NCBI GenBank assembly: GCA_046350795.1
Contig: JAXLZT010000001.1
Coordinates: 484,705 to 548,704, forward strand
Direction of reading: 5' to 3'
Origin: Minisyncoccota bacterium
GTDB taxonomy: Bacteria > Patescibacteriota > Minisyncoccia > Phycocordibacterales > CALRHW01
DNA: 64,000 nucleotides
In this document: one piece after another, positions 51,178 to 61,004 of the stretch
Layout of the letters: each line of letters opens with the position of its first letter
Numbering within the stretch: position 1 is the first letter of the stretch
Program-made: the position numbers and the translations under genes
Notes under the pieces: generated by a model
The model's input: only the letters and a program-made list of their open reading frames with translations
Databases searched by the model: none
Told to the model about the DNA's origin: nothing

Positions 51178-52482
51178 TTACCTTCCTAAAATCGCATCAA
51201 GTGTGTTTTGTTTTACAACTATCTTTGCAGGAATATATCCAGCGACTAAAGTAGCTATAAAAAGAATACCGGCTCTGATGAGTGTGCCGCTTAGTGTAGC
51301 TACAAGTATACCGTCACTAAATGGAAAATTGATAGGATGTGCTGCTATGTATGGTTTTAAAATAAAGAAAAGTATAGCAGCGCCGACCAACGTACCCATA
51401 ATAGCGTAAAAAAGTGACTGTAAAATATATGCGAATTCTATTGCAGTAGAATGTATACCTATGCCTTTCAAAATACCGATAAATTTTCTTCGAGTGATAG
51501 CGTTGATAAAAATAACGATAAAAATAGTGATCGAAGCTACCACGAGACCTATTGAACTCACCGCGTTTCCAAGAATAGCAAAAGTGTCTTTAATATCTTT
51601 CAAAAATTTTGGAATTCCCTCTTCAAATGTTTGCACTTTGGCGTATTGCCCAACACCAGCCGCAAGCATAGCATCTCTTACTACGACCGGATCAGAGCCC
51701 GGTTTCAGCTTTATAGATATTTCACCAACATTATAATCAGTACGACCCATGAGCCCACGGAGCTGAGTATCTGTCATAAACACGCGCCGACTCACCTCGT
51801 CTACTTTTGTTTTTAAAATTCCTTTTACAAAAACCTCACGAGTCACACCATTTATAACTAAACGTACTTTATCCCCCACCTCTACATCTGAAAGCGTTGT
51901 AAATCCAGGTGATTCAATCGGTAAATATTTTTTAAGCAAATAATGTCCTAAAAGTACTTGATCATAATCATCAGCGTTTAGATATGATCCCTCGACGATT
52001 AAATCTTTTATTCCCGTTACGGCGTTTTCATCATCAGGATTTATTCCAGCTATGATAGTACTCGCGCTATCTATTAAATCTGTCTCCTTAACGCGTGTTT
52101 TATAGTTGGCTTCTACCTTACCGCCTTGTATATATCTAGCAGATACAGCCTCAGTCCATGGCAGACTCTTTGCCACATTTATTACATATGGACTATTTTC
52201 TATATATGTTTTTTCTTTAAGTGTAGAAACTATTACATCACTGAGATACTTACCCTTTACAGCTTGCACAGATCCCTCTATCAAACCAACCAAAATACCA
52301 CTCACAACCACCAGATTTAAAAAAGTAAGTGTCATAACAAACACAATCAGAACAGTCGTCCATTTATTACTATGACGTACCTGTCTATTTGCCAAGAAAA
52401 AACCGAGTCGAGCCGATATGATTGTGTTCTTTAATCTTTTTTTGAAGCTAACCTTACTTCCAATATTTTTTGTAGAATTCAT
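51178..52482 (-). CDS. ABC transporter permease (FtsX/MacB-like)
   Basis: TM1, large extracytoplasmic domain, three C-terminal TMs; IGILK.IG. Confidence 0.87.
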   Translation of the reverse strand: MNSTKNIGSKVSFKKRLKNTIISARLGFFLANRQVRHSNKWTTVLIVFVMTLTFLNLVVVSGILVGLIEGSVQAVKGKYLSDVIVSTLKEKTYIENSPYVINVAKSLPWTEAVSARYIQGGKVEANYKTRVKETDLIDSASTIIAGINPDDENAVTGIKDLIVEGSYLNADDYDQVLLGHYLLKKYLPIESPGFTTLSDVEVGDKVRLVINGVTREVFVKGILKTKVDEVSRRVFMTDTQLRGLMGRTDYNVGEISIKLKPGSDPVVVRDAMLAAGVGQYAKVQTFEEGIPKFLKDIKDTFAILGNAVSSIGLVVASITIFIVIFINAITRRKFIGILKGIGIHSTAIEFAYILQSLFYAIMGTLVGAAILFFILKPYIAAHPINFPFSDGILVATLSGTLIRAGILFIATLVAGYIPAKIVVKQNTLDAILGR

Positions 52483-52540
52483 TCTGAGCTATTATTGCAT
52501 AAAACAACTCATTTTTCAAATAATAAAATTAACCTTTTTC

Positions 52541-52798
52541 TTAAAAGAAATTCATTTTTTGAGAAAACTTTTTTGCACGAGTCACGACATCTATTTTTAC
52601 TTTTTCTATAAAAGGAAATCTCTGTAAAAATTTTTCTAGTAATCTACGAGCTCTTTCTGAACGCAAAGAGAGTACATACAAACCAAGGGCCAAAAAAAGA
52701 ATACCCTGAATAATAGGCAAAAACAGACCCGCAACACCCACAATAAGTAGGATTGTTCCTAGGGTATATATTAAGCTGGTTTTTATTTTTATAATCAT
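52541..52798 (-). CDS. Small membrane protein (DUF454/PGPGW-like)
   Basis: G.ILLIVGVAGLFLPIIQGILF..LGL..LS. Confidence 0.7.
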   Translation of the reverse strand: MIIKIKTSLIYTLGTILLIVGVAGLFLPIIQGILFLALGLYVLSLRSERARRLLEKFLQRFPFIEKVKIDVVTRAKKFSQKMNFF

Positions 52799-52821
52799 TT
52801 TATTTTATGTTTCTGCGGACT

Positions 52822-53226
52822 TTATTGAATGAGATTTTTGCAGTTTGCACCCAATTTGTATCCGGCTTTTTCTGCTTCAGCGATTGAAGAAAAAGTTATT
52901 TTATTTTCTTCCACTATCCTTTTGGCACCGGCGCAAGATGGAAAATAATAATTTTTACCCTTTTTTGAGGCAATTACCACGCCTCCTGCAGTCTCTGATA
53001 CTTTTTTAGACGTTGATATAGCAGGAATATTACTGATTTCTCCTTTAATTTCTGGATTTTTAGGTGTTTCAAATGCGCCGAGTATTATAGGTGTCCTCTC
53101 TTGCCTATTTGCTGAAATTTTACCCAAACCAAACGATGAAATAGCTACTAAAATGAGGATTATTAAAGGAAAACCGAATTTATAGAGATGGGGCTTGATT
53201 TTTAAGAGATTATCTTTTATACTCAT
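52822..53226 (-). CDS. Membrane-anchored protein with an Ada metal-binding-like C-terminal domain
   Basis: TM, then ASKKGKNYYFPSC..AKRI.EENKI.F.S..EAEKAGY....NC. Confidence 0.72.
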   Translation of the reverse strand: MSIKDNLLKIKPHLYKFGFPLIILILVAISSFGLGKISANRQERTPIILGAFETPKNPEIKGEISNIPAISTSKKVSETAGGVVIASKKGKNYYFPSCAGAKRIVEENKITFSSIAEAEKAGYKLGANCKNLIQ

Positions 53227-53267
53227 TTAACAACATTTTAACAGATAAAAGCATTTAAAAATAGAGT

Positions 53268-53540
53268 ATGGCAACCAAAAAAGCCGGTGGTTCAACCAAA
53301 AACGGCAGAGATTCAAATCCTAAATACCTCGGTGTGAAAATCACCCCAGGATCAGTCGCAAAAGCTGGTTCTATTTTGGTACGACAAAGAGGTACTGACG
53401 TAATAGCCGGCAAAAACGTAAGCATGGGAAAGGATCATACACTCTTTGCTCTCAAAGAAGGTGTTGTCCGATTTGCAAACACTAGAAAGACTCACTTTGA
53501 TAACTCAATTAAAGTAAAGAAAATAGTGCACGTAGGGTAA
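53268..53540 (+). CDS. rpmA: 50S ribosomal protein L27
   Basis: [43 protein letters not shown]. Confidence 0.97.
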   Translation: MATKKAGGSTKNGRDSNPKYLGVKITPGSVAKAGSILVRQRGTDVIAGKNVSMGKDHTLFALKEGVVRFANTRKTHFDNSIKVKKIVHVG

Positions 53541-53671
53541 ATAAAAAGTAAGGTCTGACAAAACAGAAAGCCTCTCCAGCGAGAGGCTTTCTTCGTCCTC
53601 GACCGAAAATTTGCCCTTGGCAAAACCAAGCTTTTCGGTCTGCGAATGTTTGTCAGACCTTACTTTTTATT
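53540..53671. repeat. Nested inverted-repeat element (REPIN/MITE-like; probably also a bidirectional terminator)
   Basis: 23-bp perfect IR AATAAAAAGTAAGGTCTGACAAA (53540-53562 and 53649-53671) enclosing two further hairpins. Confidence 0.7.
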
Positions 53672-54106
53672 ATTAACCACCACCACAAACTGAGCACTTT
53701 TATCCCCTACTTTTACAGTCACTTTGTGTTCACCAGTTTCTTTTATCGGCTTTGGTAGATCAATAAAATCAGCAATTATATCTAAATGAGCTTGCTCCTT
53801 GAGAGCAGTCACAAGAGCTTCTTTATGGATACTTGAGAAAAGATGACCCTTATCATTAGCCTTTTCTGTAAACTCTATTTTTGTGCCACCTATAGCTTGC
53901 ATGTTTTTAGCCAAAAGTTCTGCTTGAACCTTTTTCTCTTGTTCATCTTGAGCCTTTAGCATGTCTACTTTTTTTAACGCACTAGGACTAGCTATTTCTG
54001 CAAGCTTTTGTGGAATGAGGAAGTTGAGAGCGTATCCATCTGATACATTCTTTACATCGTATTTCTGACCTATTTTCGGAACATTTTTTAGGAATATTAC
54101 TTTCAT
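53660..54106 (-). CDS. rplI: 50S ribosomal protein L9
   Basis: MKVIFLKNV.K.G...DVK.V.DGYALNFLIP..LA, G.LF.SI, PIKE.GEH.V. Confidence 0.96.
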   Translation of the reverse strand: MKVIFLKNVPKIGQKYDVKNVSDGYALNFLIPQKLAEIASPSALKKVDMLKAQDEQEKKVQAELLAKNMQAIGGTKIEFTEKANDKGHLFSSIHKEALVTALKEQAHLDIIADFIDLPKPIKETGEHKVTVKVGDKSAQFVVVVNNKK

Positions 54107-54143
54107 GGTGTTTTTTAAAATAATTGATGACTACAGAGTTTTA

Positions 54144-55376
54144 TCATTTTTTGAGCAATAATTCAACCGCCGCTTTCATTTGTGGATCTATCCCCTTTGC
54201 AACATCATCAGCGGTCCTTTTTACTTCAATATCCGGCTTCAAACCACCATCTGATATTGATTTACCGTTTGGTGTAAGCCATCTAGCAATAGTGACCTTT
54301 AATGATGTGTCTGGAGTGATCTTTACTAGTTCTTGCACAGAACCTTTTCCATATGAATTACTTCCTACAAGCTTTGCCACACCGTGCTCTTGTAGAGCGC
54401 CTGCCAATATTTCACTTGCTGAAGCAGATCCTCCATCTATGAGTACAGCCATTTTTAAATTTTTATTAAAGATACTAAAACCCTTACTCCTGTGAACAAC
54501 CTCTTCGTTTTTAGCACCAAAGTTTTCTCGAACAACAACATCACCAAGAGGTAAAAACCAACTTGCCATATCTATAGACGCTTCCAAAAAACCACCCGGA
54601 TTACCTCGTAAGTCGAGTACTAGTTTATTGGTCTTTGAAGCCACAAACTCTCTGAGAGCTTTTCTAAAAAGATCAGCAGAGACTGCAGAAAAATTGTAGA
54701 GTTCAATTACAAACACACCATCATTCCTTAAATAAGACTTTATTGTTGGAATATCTATGGTCGCACGGACTACAGATATTTCGATAGGAGTGTCTTTACC
54801 ATTTCTTAATATAGTAAATTTTACTTTTGTGCCACCCTTTCCACGAATCAATTTTACTGCTTCATCAGAATTGATTGTGTTTGTATAGACATCATCTATC
54901 TTCAAGATTTTATCACCAGCAAGAATACCAGCTTTTTGTGCAGGAGTCCCCTTTAAAGGAGATATAACTGTAAGCACATCATCACGCATTCCTATTTCCA
55001 TTCCCACACCTTGAAAATTACCACTTATATCATTTTCAAATATTTCAGCATCAGCTGGTGGAAAAAACATTGTGTAAGGGTCCTTAAAAGAACTAGCCAG
55101 TCCTTCTATTGCTCCCCACACCTTTTCTTGATCAGAAATATTGGGAGTACTTGAACTAAAACCAACGTGTTTCTCATTGAGTACACTCCAAGCTTTCCAA
55201 AATGGAGAAAAATCTGCTTTTACAAAAATATCTGGGTTTTTATTTTCAATATTTGCCAAAGACACAGATCCGGCACCCCTGTGTGAACCCACGTAAACTC
55301 CGCAAAAAAAAGAAGCTCCTATTATAAGGAGAGATGCGATAATAGAAATTTTATATTTGGAAAACCAAGGCTTCAT
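54144..55376 (-). CDS. ctpA: S41 C-terminal processing peptidase with a PDZ domain
   Basis: DPYT.F, F.GVG, PA.KAGI..GD.I, LDLRGNPGG, SASASEI.AGAL, GKGSVQ; ATG at 55376. Confidence 0.9.
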   Translation of the reverse strand: MKPWFSKYKISIIASLLIIGASFFCGVYVGSHRGAGSVSLANIENKNPDIFVKADFSPFWKAWSVLNEKHVGFSSSTPNISDQEKVWGAIEGLASSFKDPYTMFFPPADAEIFENDISGNFQGVGMEIGMRDDVLTVISPLKGTPAQKAGILAGDKILKIDDVYTNTINSDEAVKLIRGKGGTKVKFTILRNGKDTPIEISVVRATIDIPTIKSYLRNDGVFVIELYNFSAVSADLFRKALREFVASKTNKLVLDLRGNPGGFLEASIDMASWFLPLGDVVVRENFGAKNEEVVHRSKGFSIFNKNLKMAVLIDGGSASASEILAGALQEHGVAKLVGSNSYGKGSVQELVKITPDTSLKVTIARWLTPNGKSISDGGLKPDIEVKRTADDVAKGIDPQMKAAVELLLKK

Positions 55377-55453
55377 TTGTTGTACTATTATCTCAAAGTA
55401 GCTTCTTGTGGTCAATCATCTATTGCATTATAATTATTGTTGAATAAATCCAC

Positions 55454-56368
55454 ATGATATATAGATATTCTCACAAAGGTGTAACTTGGATAGATATAGA
55501 CCATCCAACTGATGAGGATATTGAAACGATAGTCAAAGAGTTTGGTATCGATCCACAGATAGCAAAAGAAATATCTGCACCAACCAACAAGCCTCGTGTA
55601 GAGCTAAGCGCTGATTATATTTATTTAGTTTTACATTTCCCTGTCTTTAAGCATAGCCATAAAGAAAAGACAGACCAAGAAGTCGATTTTATTATCGGTA
55701 AAGATTTTTTGATTACAGCGAGGTATGACACGGTAGATGCCATTCACAAGTTTGGTAAAAAACTAGAAGTCAGCGCCATTTTAGATAAAAAAAATATAGA
55801 GTACCCTATCGGATACATTTTTTACATTATTCTAAAAGAAATTTATCACTCTATTTTTGACGAGCTCGCTTTTATAGAAAGTTGGATAAAAGAAGTCGAG
55901 ACAAAAATATTTAAGGGTAACGAACGTGAAATGGTTTTTGCCTTATCAAATGTAAGTCGCACACTTTTAGATTTCAAAAAAATCACTGATATGCACAAAG
56001 AGGTTTTGATTACACTAGAAATAGCGGGCAAAAGACTTTTTGGTGATCATTTTCCATATTATACTCGCACCGCGCTCGAGGAATATCATAAAATACAAAA
56101 TGCCATTAAAAGCAATATGGAGGTAGTGGTCGAGCTCCGCGAGACAAACAACTCCCTACTAGACACAAAGCAAAACGAAATTACAAAAATTCTTACTATT
56201 TTAGCTTTTATTGCTGTCCCACTCTCACTTATAGTCTCAGTTTTTCAAATAGACACTGTATCTCGCCCCATCATAGGTACACCTTATGATTTTTGGATAT
56301 TGATTAGCTTTATATTCCTCGCTGGTGCTACAATGTTCTCATTCTTTAAATTTAAAGGCTGGCTATAA
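55454..56368 (+). CDS. CorA family divalent cation transporter
   Basis: WIDIDHP, PRVE, QNEI.KILT..two C-terminal TMs, ends KGWL. The GMN motif is replaced by QID. Confidence 0.82.
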   Translation: MIYRYSHKGVTWIDIDHPTDEDIETIVKEFGIDPQIAKEISAPTNKPRVELSADYIYLVLHFPVFKHSHKEKTDQEVDFIIGKDFLITARYDTVDAIHKFGKKLEVSAILDKKNIEYPIGYIFYIILKEIYHSIFDELAFIESWIKEVETKIFKGNEREMVFALSNVSRTLLDFKKITDMHKEVLITLEIAGKRLFGDHFPYYTRTALEEYHKIQNAIKSNMEVVVELRETNNSLLDTKQNEITKILTILAFIAVPLSLIVSVFQIDTVSRPIIGTPYDFWILISFIFLAGATMFSFFKFKGWL

Positions 56369-56378
56369 TTACACTGTC

Positions 56379-57770
56379 ATGATTACATTCTGGAATACAC
56401 TGACAAAACAAAAAGAGGAATTTTTCCCTATCAAAGACAAGGTGGTGGGTATGTACAACTGTGGCCCGACTGTATATGACTACGCTCATTTGGGCAATCT
56501 TCGCTCATATGTACTAGCAGATATTTTAAAAAGAACCCTTACATTTAATAAATACAGAGTAAATCAGATTATCAATATCACTGATGTAGGACATCTGGTC
56601 GGCGATGGTGATGAAGGTAAAGACAAAATAGAAGAGGGGGCAAAAAAACAACAAAAAACCGCTTCAGAAATAGCTAGCTTTTATACAGAAGCTTTTTTGG
56701 CTGATTTGAAAAAATTAAATATAAATACTGATGAGATCTCGTTTCCTAGAGCATCAGAACATATAAAAGAGCAAATAAATTTGATAAAGACATTAGAAGA
56801 ACGTGGATTTGCTTACAAAACCTCAGATGGTATGTATTTTGATACGGCAAAATTTAGAGCATATGGAAAGCTGGGCAATATAGACTTGGCACATCTACGC
56901 GAGGGAGCACGTGTCACTATAAACTCTCAGAAAAAAAATATTACAGATTTTGCTTTGTGGAAATTTTCTCAGCCACATGAAAAGCGACAGCAGGAATGGC
57001 CTTCTCCGTGGGGTTTGGGTTTTCCCGGCTGGCATATAGAGTGTTCTGCTATGTCTATGAAATATCTCGGCGAGACTTTTGATATACACACAGGAGGTAT
57101 CGATCACATCCCTACTCACCACAACAATGAAATAGCTCAATCAGAAAGTGCTACCGGTAAACAATATGTTAGATATTGGTTGCATAATGCTTTTGTAAAT
57201 GTTGAAGGTGGAAAGATGGCAAAATCAGAAGGCAACTTTTTACGTCTGCAAAGTATAATTGATAAAAATATAAATCCTCTGAGTTATCGCTACTGGCTTC
57301 TTACTGCTCATTATCGACAGCCTGTCACTTTTTCTTGGGAAGCACTTGAGAGTGCCAATGTTGCTTTCATGAAGCTAGCGCGAGCGTATTCTACTTTACC
57401 TGGATTAGGAAAAGTACACGTCGGCTACTTGAAAAAATTTAAAGATTTTATAAACGACGATCTAGACACTCCTCAAGCCGTAGCGCTCATATGGGAAATG
57501 ATGAAAGATAAAAGCGTGACTGATAGACAAAAACGAGCCACTTTAAACGAGTTTGATAAAGTTTTGGGTCTAAATCTCAAAGGACTTGCGAAAGAACTAA
57601 AAAATGCTGATAAAGATGTGCCAGATGTGGTCAAATCCATTGTCTCAGAGCGTGAAAAAGCTAGAAAAAATAAAGATTGGAAAAAGTCAGACGAGCTACG
57701 TGATGCGATACTAAAGGAAGGCTTTGAAGTCAAAGATACTGATAAGGGAGCTGAGGTGAGGAGGATTTAA
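56379..57770 (+). CDS. cysS: Cysteine--tRNA ligase
   Basis: [38 protein letters not shown]...HH.NE, KMAKS. Confidence 0.97.
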   Translation: MITFWNTLTKQKEEFFPIKDKVVGMYNCGPTVYDYAHLGNLRSYVLADILKRTLTFNKYRVNQIINITDVGHLVGDGDEGKDKIEEGAKKQQKTASEIASFYTEAFLADLKKLNINTDEISFPRASEHIKEQINLIKTLEERGFAYKTSDGMYFDTAKFRAYGKLGNIDLAHLREGARVTINSQKKNITDFALWKFSQPHEKRQQEWPSPWGLGFPGWHIECSAMSMKYLGETFDIHTGGIDHIPTHHNNEIAQSESATGKQYVRYWLHNAFVNVEGGKMAKSEGNFLRLQSIIDKNINPLSYRYWLLTAHYRQPVTFSWEALESANVAFMKLARAYSTLPGLGKVHVGYLKKFKDFINDDLDTPQAVALIWEMMKDKSVTDRQKRATLNEFDKVLGLNLKGLAKELKNADKDVPDVVKSIVSEREKARKNKDWKKSDELRDAILKEGFEVKDTDKGAEVRRI

Positions 57771-57774
57771 AAAC

Positions 57775-57835
57775 AATACCTAAAAAAGCCTGAAACGCTC
57801 GGCTCGACAGCCTCGCGACCCCCTTTTTAGGTATT
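57775..57835. repeat. REP-like inverted repeat or terminator
   Basis: 12-bp IR AATACCTAAAAA/TTTTTAGGTATT around a GC-rich core CGCTCGGCTCGACAGCCTCGCG. Confidence 0.5.
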
Positions 57836-57919
57836 ATTTTTACCCCTCCACAGCTTAACCACACTTTATCAAGTTTTTAAACTTTAAAGACTTTGAGCTT
57901 GCATGTTACTATTGTGGCA

Positions 57920-59302
57920 ATGGCAAACGAACCTTTTAAACGCGCAATGCGTGTACCACCACAAAGTATAGAAGCTGAGATGGCACTTCTCGGCTCTATT
58001 ATGCTTCGCCCAGAAGCTATACATGAAATAGTAGACACCATCAACAGTGGCTCTTTTTATTCTGAACGCAACAGAATAATATATGACACAATGGTTGAGT
58101 TGTTTAAAAAAGGCGAACCAATTGATTTGCTTTCACTCTCTTCTAGACTAAAAGAAAAAAATCTTCTCGATCAAGTGGGCGGTAACAGCTATCTAACCGA
58201 ACTCGTACATGTCGTTCCCTCTTCTGCAAATATAAAACACTATGGCGACATAGTGCATAAAAAAAGAATGATGCGTGACCTAATCGAAGCCTCAGAATTT
58301 ATTTGCCAACTAGGTTTTGAAGAGGCAGAAGAACTCGAACACATTTTAGATAAAGCAGAAAAAAAGATTTACGATGTGACAAATGTGTCTGGTGCACACA
58401 AATTTGTCGAACTAAAAGATACTTTAAATGAAGCCTGGGAGCGTCTCGACAAGCTTCACAATTCAAAAGGTGAAATGCGCGGTGTACCATCTGGTTTTCC
58501 AGATCTGGACAACCTGCTAGCTGGTTTCCAAAAATCCGACCTTATCATTTTGGCAGCTCGACCATCTGTGGGAAAAACCTCCCTTGCTCTCGATATAGCT
58601 CGCCAAGCTGCGATAAACCACAATGTGCCAGTTGGTATTTTTTCTTTGGAGATGAGTTCACAACAGCTCGTAGACAGAATGCTTTCCTCTCAAGCAAGCG
58701 TGGATGCTTGGAAACTACGCACAGGACGACTCACAGATGAAGCTGACTTTGCGTCTATCCGACAATCTCTAGACAAGCTTGCTACAGCACCTATTTTCAT
58801 AGACGATCAGCCAGGCAACAATATTCTCAAAATGCGTTCTGTGGCAAGACGACTAAAACGCGAAAAAGGTCTGGGTCTTATTGTTGTAGACTATTTACAG
58901 CTTATGATCCCTACTGGCGCTCGAGCAACCGACTCTATGGTGCAACAAGTTACAGAGATTTCTCGTTCGTTAAAAAATCTAGCTCGCGAACTAGATGTAC
59001 CTGTCATTGCCCTATCTCAGCTCTCTCGTGCTGTAGAACAACGCGGTGGCAAGCCTCGCCTTTCTGATTTACGTGATTCTGGATCCATAGAACAAGATGC
59101 TGACGTGGTGATGTTTATTCATCGTGAAGACAAATTTAAAGATCAAGCAGAACGTACAAATATCGCAGAAATTCTAATAGAAAAGCATCGAAATGGCCCG
59201 ACTGGAAAAGTAGACTTATATTTCAATGAAAAGAAATCCACTTTTCAAAGCATCGCAAAAGATAATTTTGGTGGAGCAGACAAAGAGTTTTCTAATTTTT
59301 AA
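57920..59302 (+). CDS. dnaB: Replicative DNA helicase
   Basis: PPQSIEAE..LLG, AARPSVGKT, FSLEMS, VDYLQL, SQLSR, LSDLRDSGSIEQDAD, KHRNGPTG. Confidence 0.97.
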   Translation: MANEPFKRAMRVPPQSIEAEMALLGSIMLRPEAIHEIVDTINSGSFYSERNRIIYDTMVELFKKGEPIDLLSLSSRLKEKNLLDQVGGNSYLTELVHVVPSSANIKHYGDIVHKKRMMRDLIEASEFICQLGFEEAEELEHILDKAEKKIYDVTNVSGAHKFVELKDTLNEAWERLDKLHNSKGEMRGVPSGFPDLDNLLAGFQKSDLIILAARPSVGKTSLALDIARQAAINHNVPVGIFSLEMSSQQLVDRMLSSQASVDAWKLRTGRLTDEADFASIRQSLDKLATAPIFIDDQPGNNILKMRSVARRLKREKGLGLIVVDYLQLMIPTGARATDSMVQQVTEISRSLKNLARELDVPVIALSQLSRAVEQRGGKPRLSDLRDSGSIEQDADVVMFIHREDKFKDQAERTNIAEILIEKHRNGPTGKVDLYFNEKKSTFQSIAKDNFGGADKEFSNF

Positions 59303-59330
59303 ATTTTTCTAATTTTTAAATTCTAAAAAC

Positions 59331-59948
59331 ATGAATTCGCTTCAAAAACTCACTTCACTTTTTGCAGAATTCCCTGGTATCGGTCCACGCCAAGCAAGAC
59401 GTTTTGCTTATTTTTTATTGACCAGAAATCAAACATATTTAAATGAAATCTCTGATCTAATAATAAAAATAAAGAAAGAAATAAATATCTGCACGTCTTG
59501 TTTTAGATTTTTTTTCCAAAATCATTCTGGATCAGACGTCTGCGATATTTGTTTAAGCAAAAATAGAGACACTTCCATACTTACTATCGTCAGTCGAGAT
59601 GTAGACTTTGAAAATATTGAAAAAACCGGTGTCTATAATGGAAAATATTTTATACTTGGCGGATCTGTACCGATATTAGATCAAATGCCGGAAAATAAAA
59701 TAAGAATAAAAGAACTAATGAAAAGTGTAGAGAAGCGCGCAGATGAGGGTCTACGTGAAATAGTACTTGCTTTAAACGCAAACCCAGAAGGAGAAAATAC
59801 TGGAGAATATATAAAAAAAATGCTGGCTTTACTGACCGAAAAACATGAATTAAAAATCTCAACACTTGGTCGCGGATTGTCTACTGGTACCGAGCTTGAA
59901 TACTCTGATGCAGAGACTTTAAAAAACGCTTTAAAAAATCGGCAATAG
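59331..59948 (+). CDS. recR: Recombination mediator RecR
   Basis: PGIGPRQA.R, C..C....C..C zinc finger, Toprim ALNAN.EGE.T, G.ELEY.D..TL..A. Confidence 0.95.
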   Translation: MNSLQKLTSLFAEFPGIGPRQARRFAYFLLTRNQTYLNEISDLIIKIKKEINICTSCFRFFFQNHSGSDVCDICLSKNRDTSILTIVSRDVDFENIEKTGVYNGKYFILGGSVPILDQMPENKIRIKELMKSVEKRADEGLREIVLALNANPEGENTGEYIKKMLALLTEKHELKISTLGRGLSTGTELEYSDAETLKNALKNRQ

Positions 59949-59974
59949 ATTGGGTTAAATTAAAAATACAAGTT

Positions 59975-60010
59975 AAGAGGGGCCCGCGCATACCGCGCGG
60001 GCCCCTTTCT
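59975..60010. terminator. GC-rich hairpin terminator between recR and cassette E
   Basis: AGGGGCCCGCGC-ATACC-GCGCGGGCCCCT followed by TTCT. Confidence 0.75.
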
Positions 60011-60039
60011 ATTTCGTCTGCTCCCGAAACCAGAGCTCC

Positions 60040-60492
60040 TCAGGTCTCCCAGTGCGGGATTCCAGTGAAGTCGATCTCCTTCTTCTCCTCGGGAGTCTCC
60101 TTGATCACCCCGAGCGCGGCAGCCCTCTCTTCTGCTGCCTTTTTCGCGTCTTCGACGGCATCCTCCACCCCCTTGATCAGGTCAGAGACCTTCAGTCGCC
60201 CAACTTCGAGGCGCTTGATCTGCTGATCGATCACGGTGCTGGAAATCTCAACGCCCACCAGATCCGACACATCGAGGTAGAACTCCTCGATGGCTGAAGG
60301 ATCGACCGACATGCTGACCTTGGAGGCACCCGCACCTCGCAACATGTCGGTGTCGACATGTGCTTCGAAGGCGAGCGCATCATTCCTCACAAAGGCGTCA
60401 GCCAGGTCATCTTCGATACCAAAGACTTCGATCAGAGACGCCGCGATCTTCTCCCTGACCGTCTCCGCTTTCTTTCTTGCTTCCGTGGCCAT
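60040..60492 (-). CDS. Acidic hypothetical protein, degenerate acyl-carrier-protein-like (cassette E)
   Basis: ATG 60492 with SD GGAG; GC-rich codons; helix pattern aligns with ACP but has DPS instead of DSL. Confidence 0.7.
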   Translation of the reverse strand: MATEARKKAETVREKIAASLIEVFGIEDDLADAFVRNDALAFEAHVDTDMLRGAGASKVSMSVDPSAIEEFYLDVSDLVGVEISSTVIDQQIKRLEVGRLKVSDLIKGVEDAVEDAKKAAEERAAALGVIKETPEEKKEIDFTGIPHWET

Positions 60493-60559
60493 AGTGGCGT
60501 TCTCCAAGTATACGGAGGTTTACTGATCTGTGGGTTGCCAACGTGACAATCCGATATAA

Positions 60560-60587
60560 TTTATATCAGAAAATACAATTTTGTCAA
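60560..60587 (-). promoter_or_regulatory. Promoter of cassette E
   Basis: TTGACA-16nt-(TGn)TATAAA, overlapped by the near-palindrome CTGATATAAATTATATCGG. Confidence 0.6.
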
Positions 60588-60607
60588 ATAAAATCGTGAT
60601 CCATAGA

Positions 60608-60641
60608 AATCAAAAACCGCCCTTTCAGGCGGTTTTTGATT
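60608..60641 (-). terminator. rplU terminator
   Basis: Minus strand AAAAACCGCC-TGAAAG-GGCGGTTTT. Confidence 0.7.
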
Positions 60642-60957
60642 ATTTTATTGCTTCTATTTTTACCTTAAAAAATGGCTGTCTATGACCGTTTTTCTTTAAA
60701 TATCTACTCTTTTGTTTATATTTTATGACCTCTACCTTTTTTGCTCGGCCAGCTTCAGTAAAAGAAGCCACCACAGAAGCACCGTCTATAAAAGGAGTAC
60801 CAATAGTTGTATCTTTGCCGTTGTCCACTAGTAAAACCTTATCGAAGGTGATCTTATCACCTGCTTTAAAATCACCAGGAAGCTTCTCAATAGTGAGAAT
60901 GTCCCCTGCTTTTACCTGATATTGCTTACCGCCTGTTTGTATAACTGCAAATTCCAT
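60640..60957 (-). CDS. rplU: 50S ribosomal protein L21
   Basis: FAVIQTGGKQY.V..GD...IEKL, IGTPF, GHRQPF.KVKI. Confidence 0.97.
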   Translation of the reverse strand: MEFAVIQTGGKQYQVKAGDILTIEKLPGDFKAGDKITFDKVLLVDNGKDTTIGTPFIDGASVVASFTEAGRAKKVEVIKYKQKSRYLKKNGHRQPFFKVKIEAIK

Positions 60958-61004
60958 AGTCGTTATATTCTACATAAATAGCCCAAAAATGCAAGAAAGT
61001 TTGG

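Noticed and set aside
59288-59321. 17-bp tandem duplication TTTTCTAATTTTTAAAT x2 at the dnaB end
   Set aside because: Low-complexity AT-rich slippage with only two units and no spacers.
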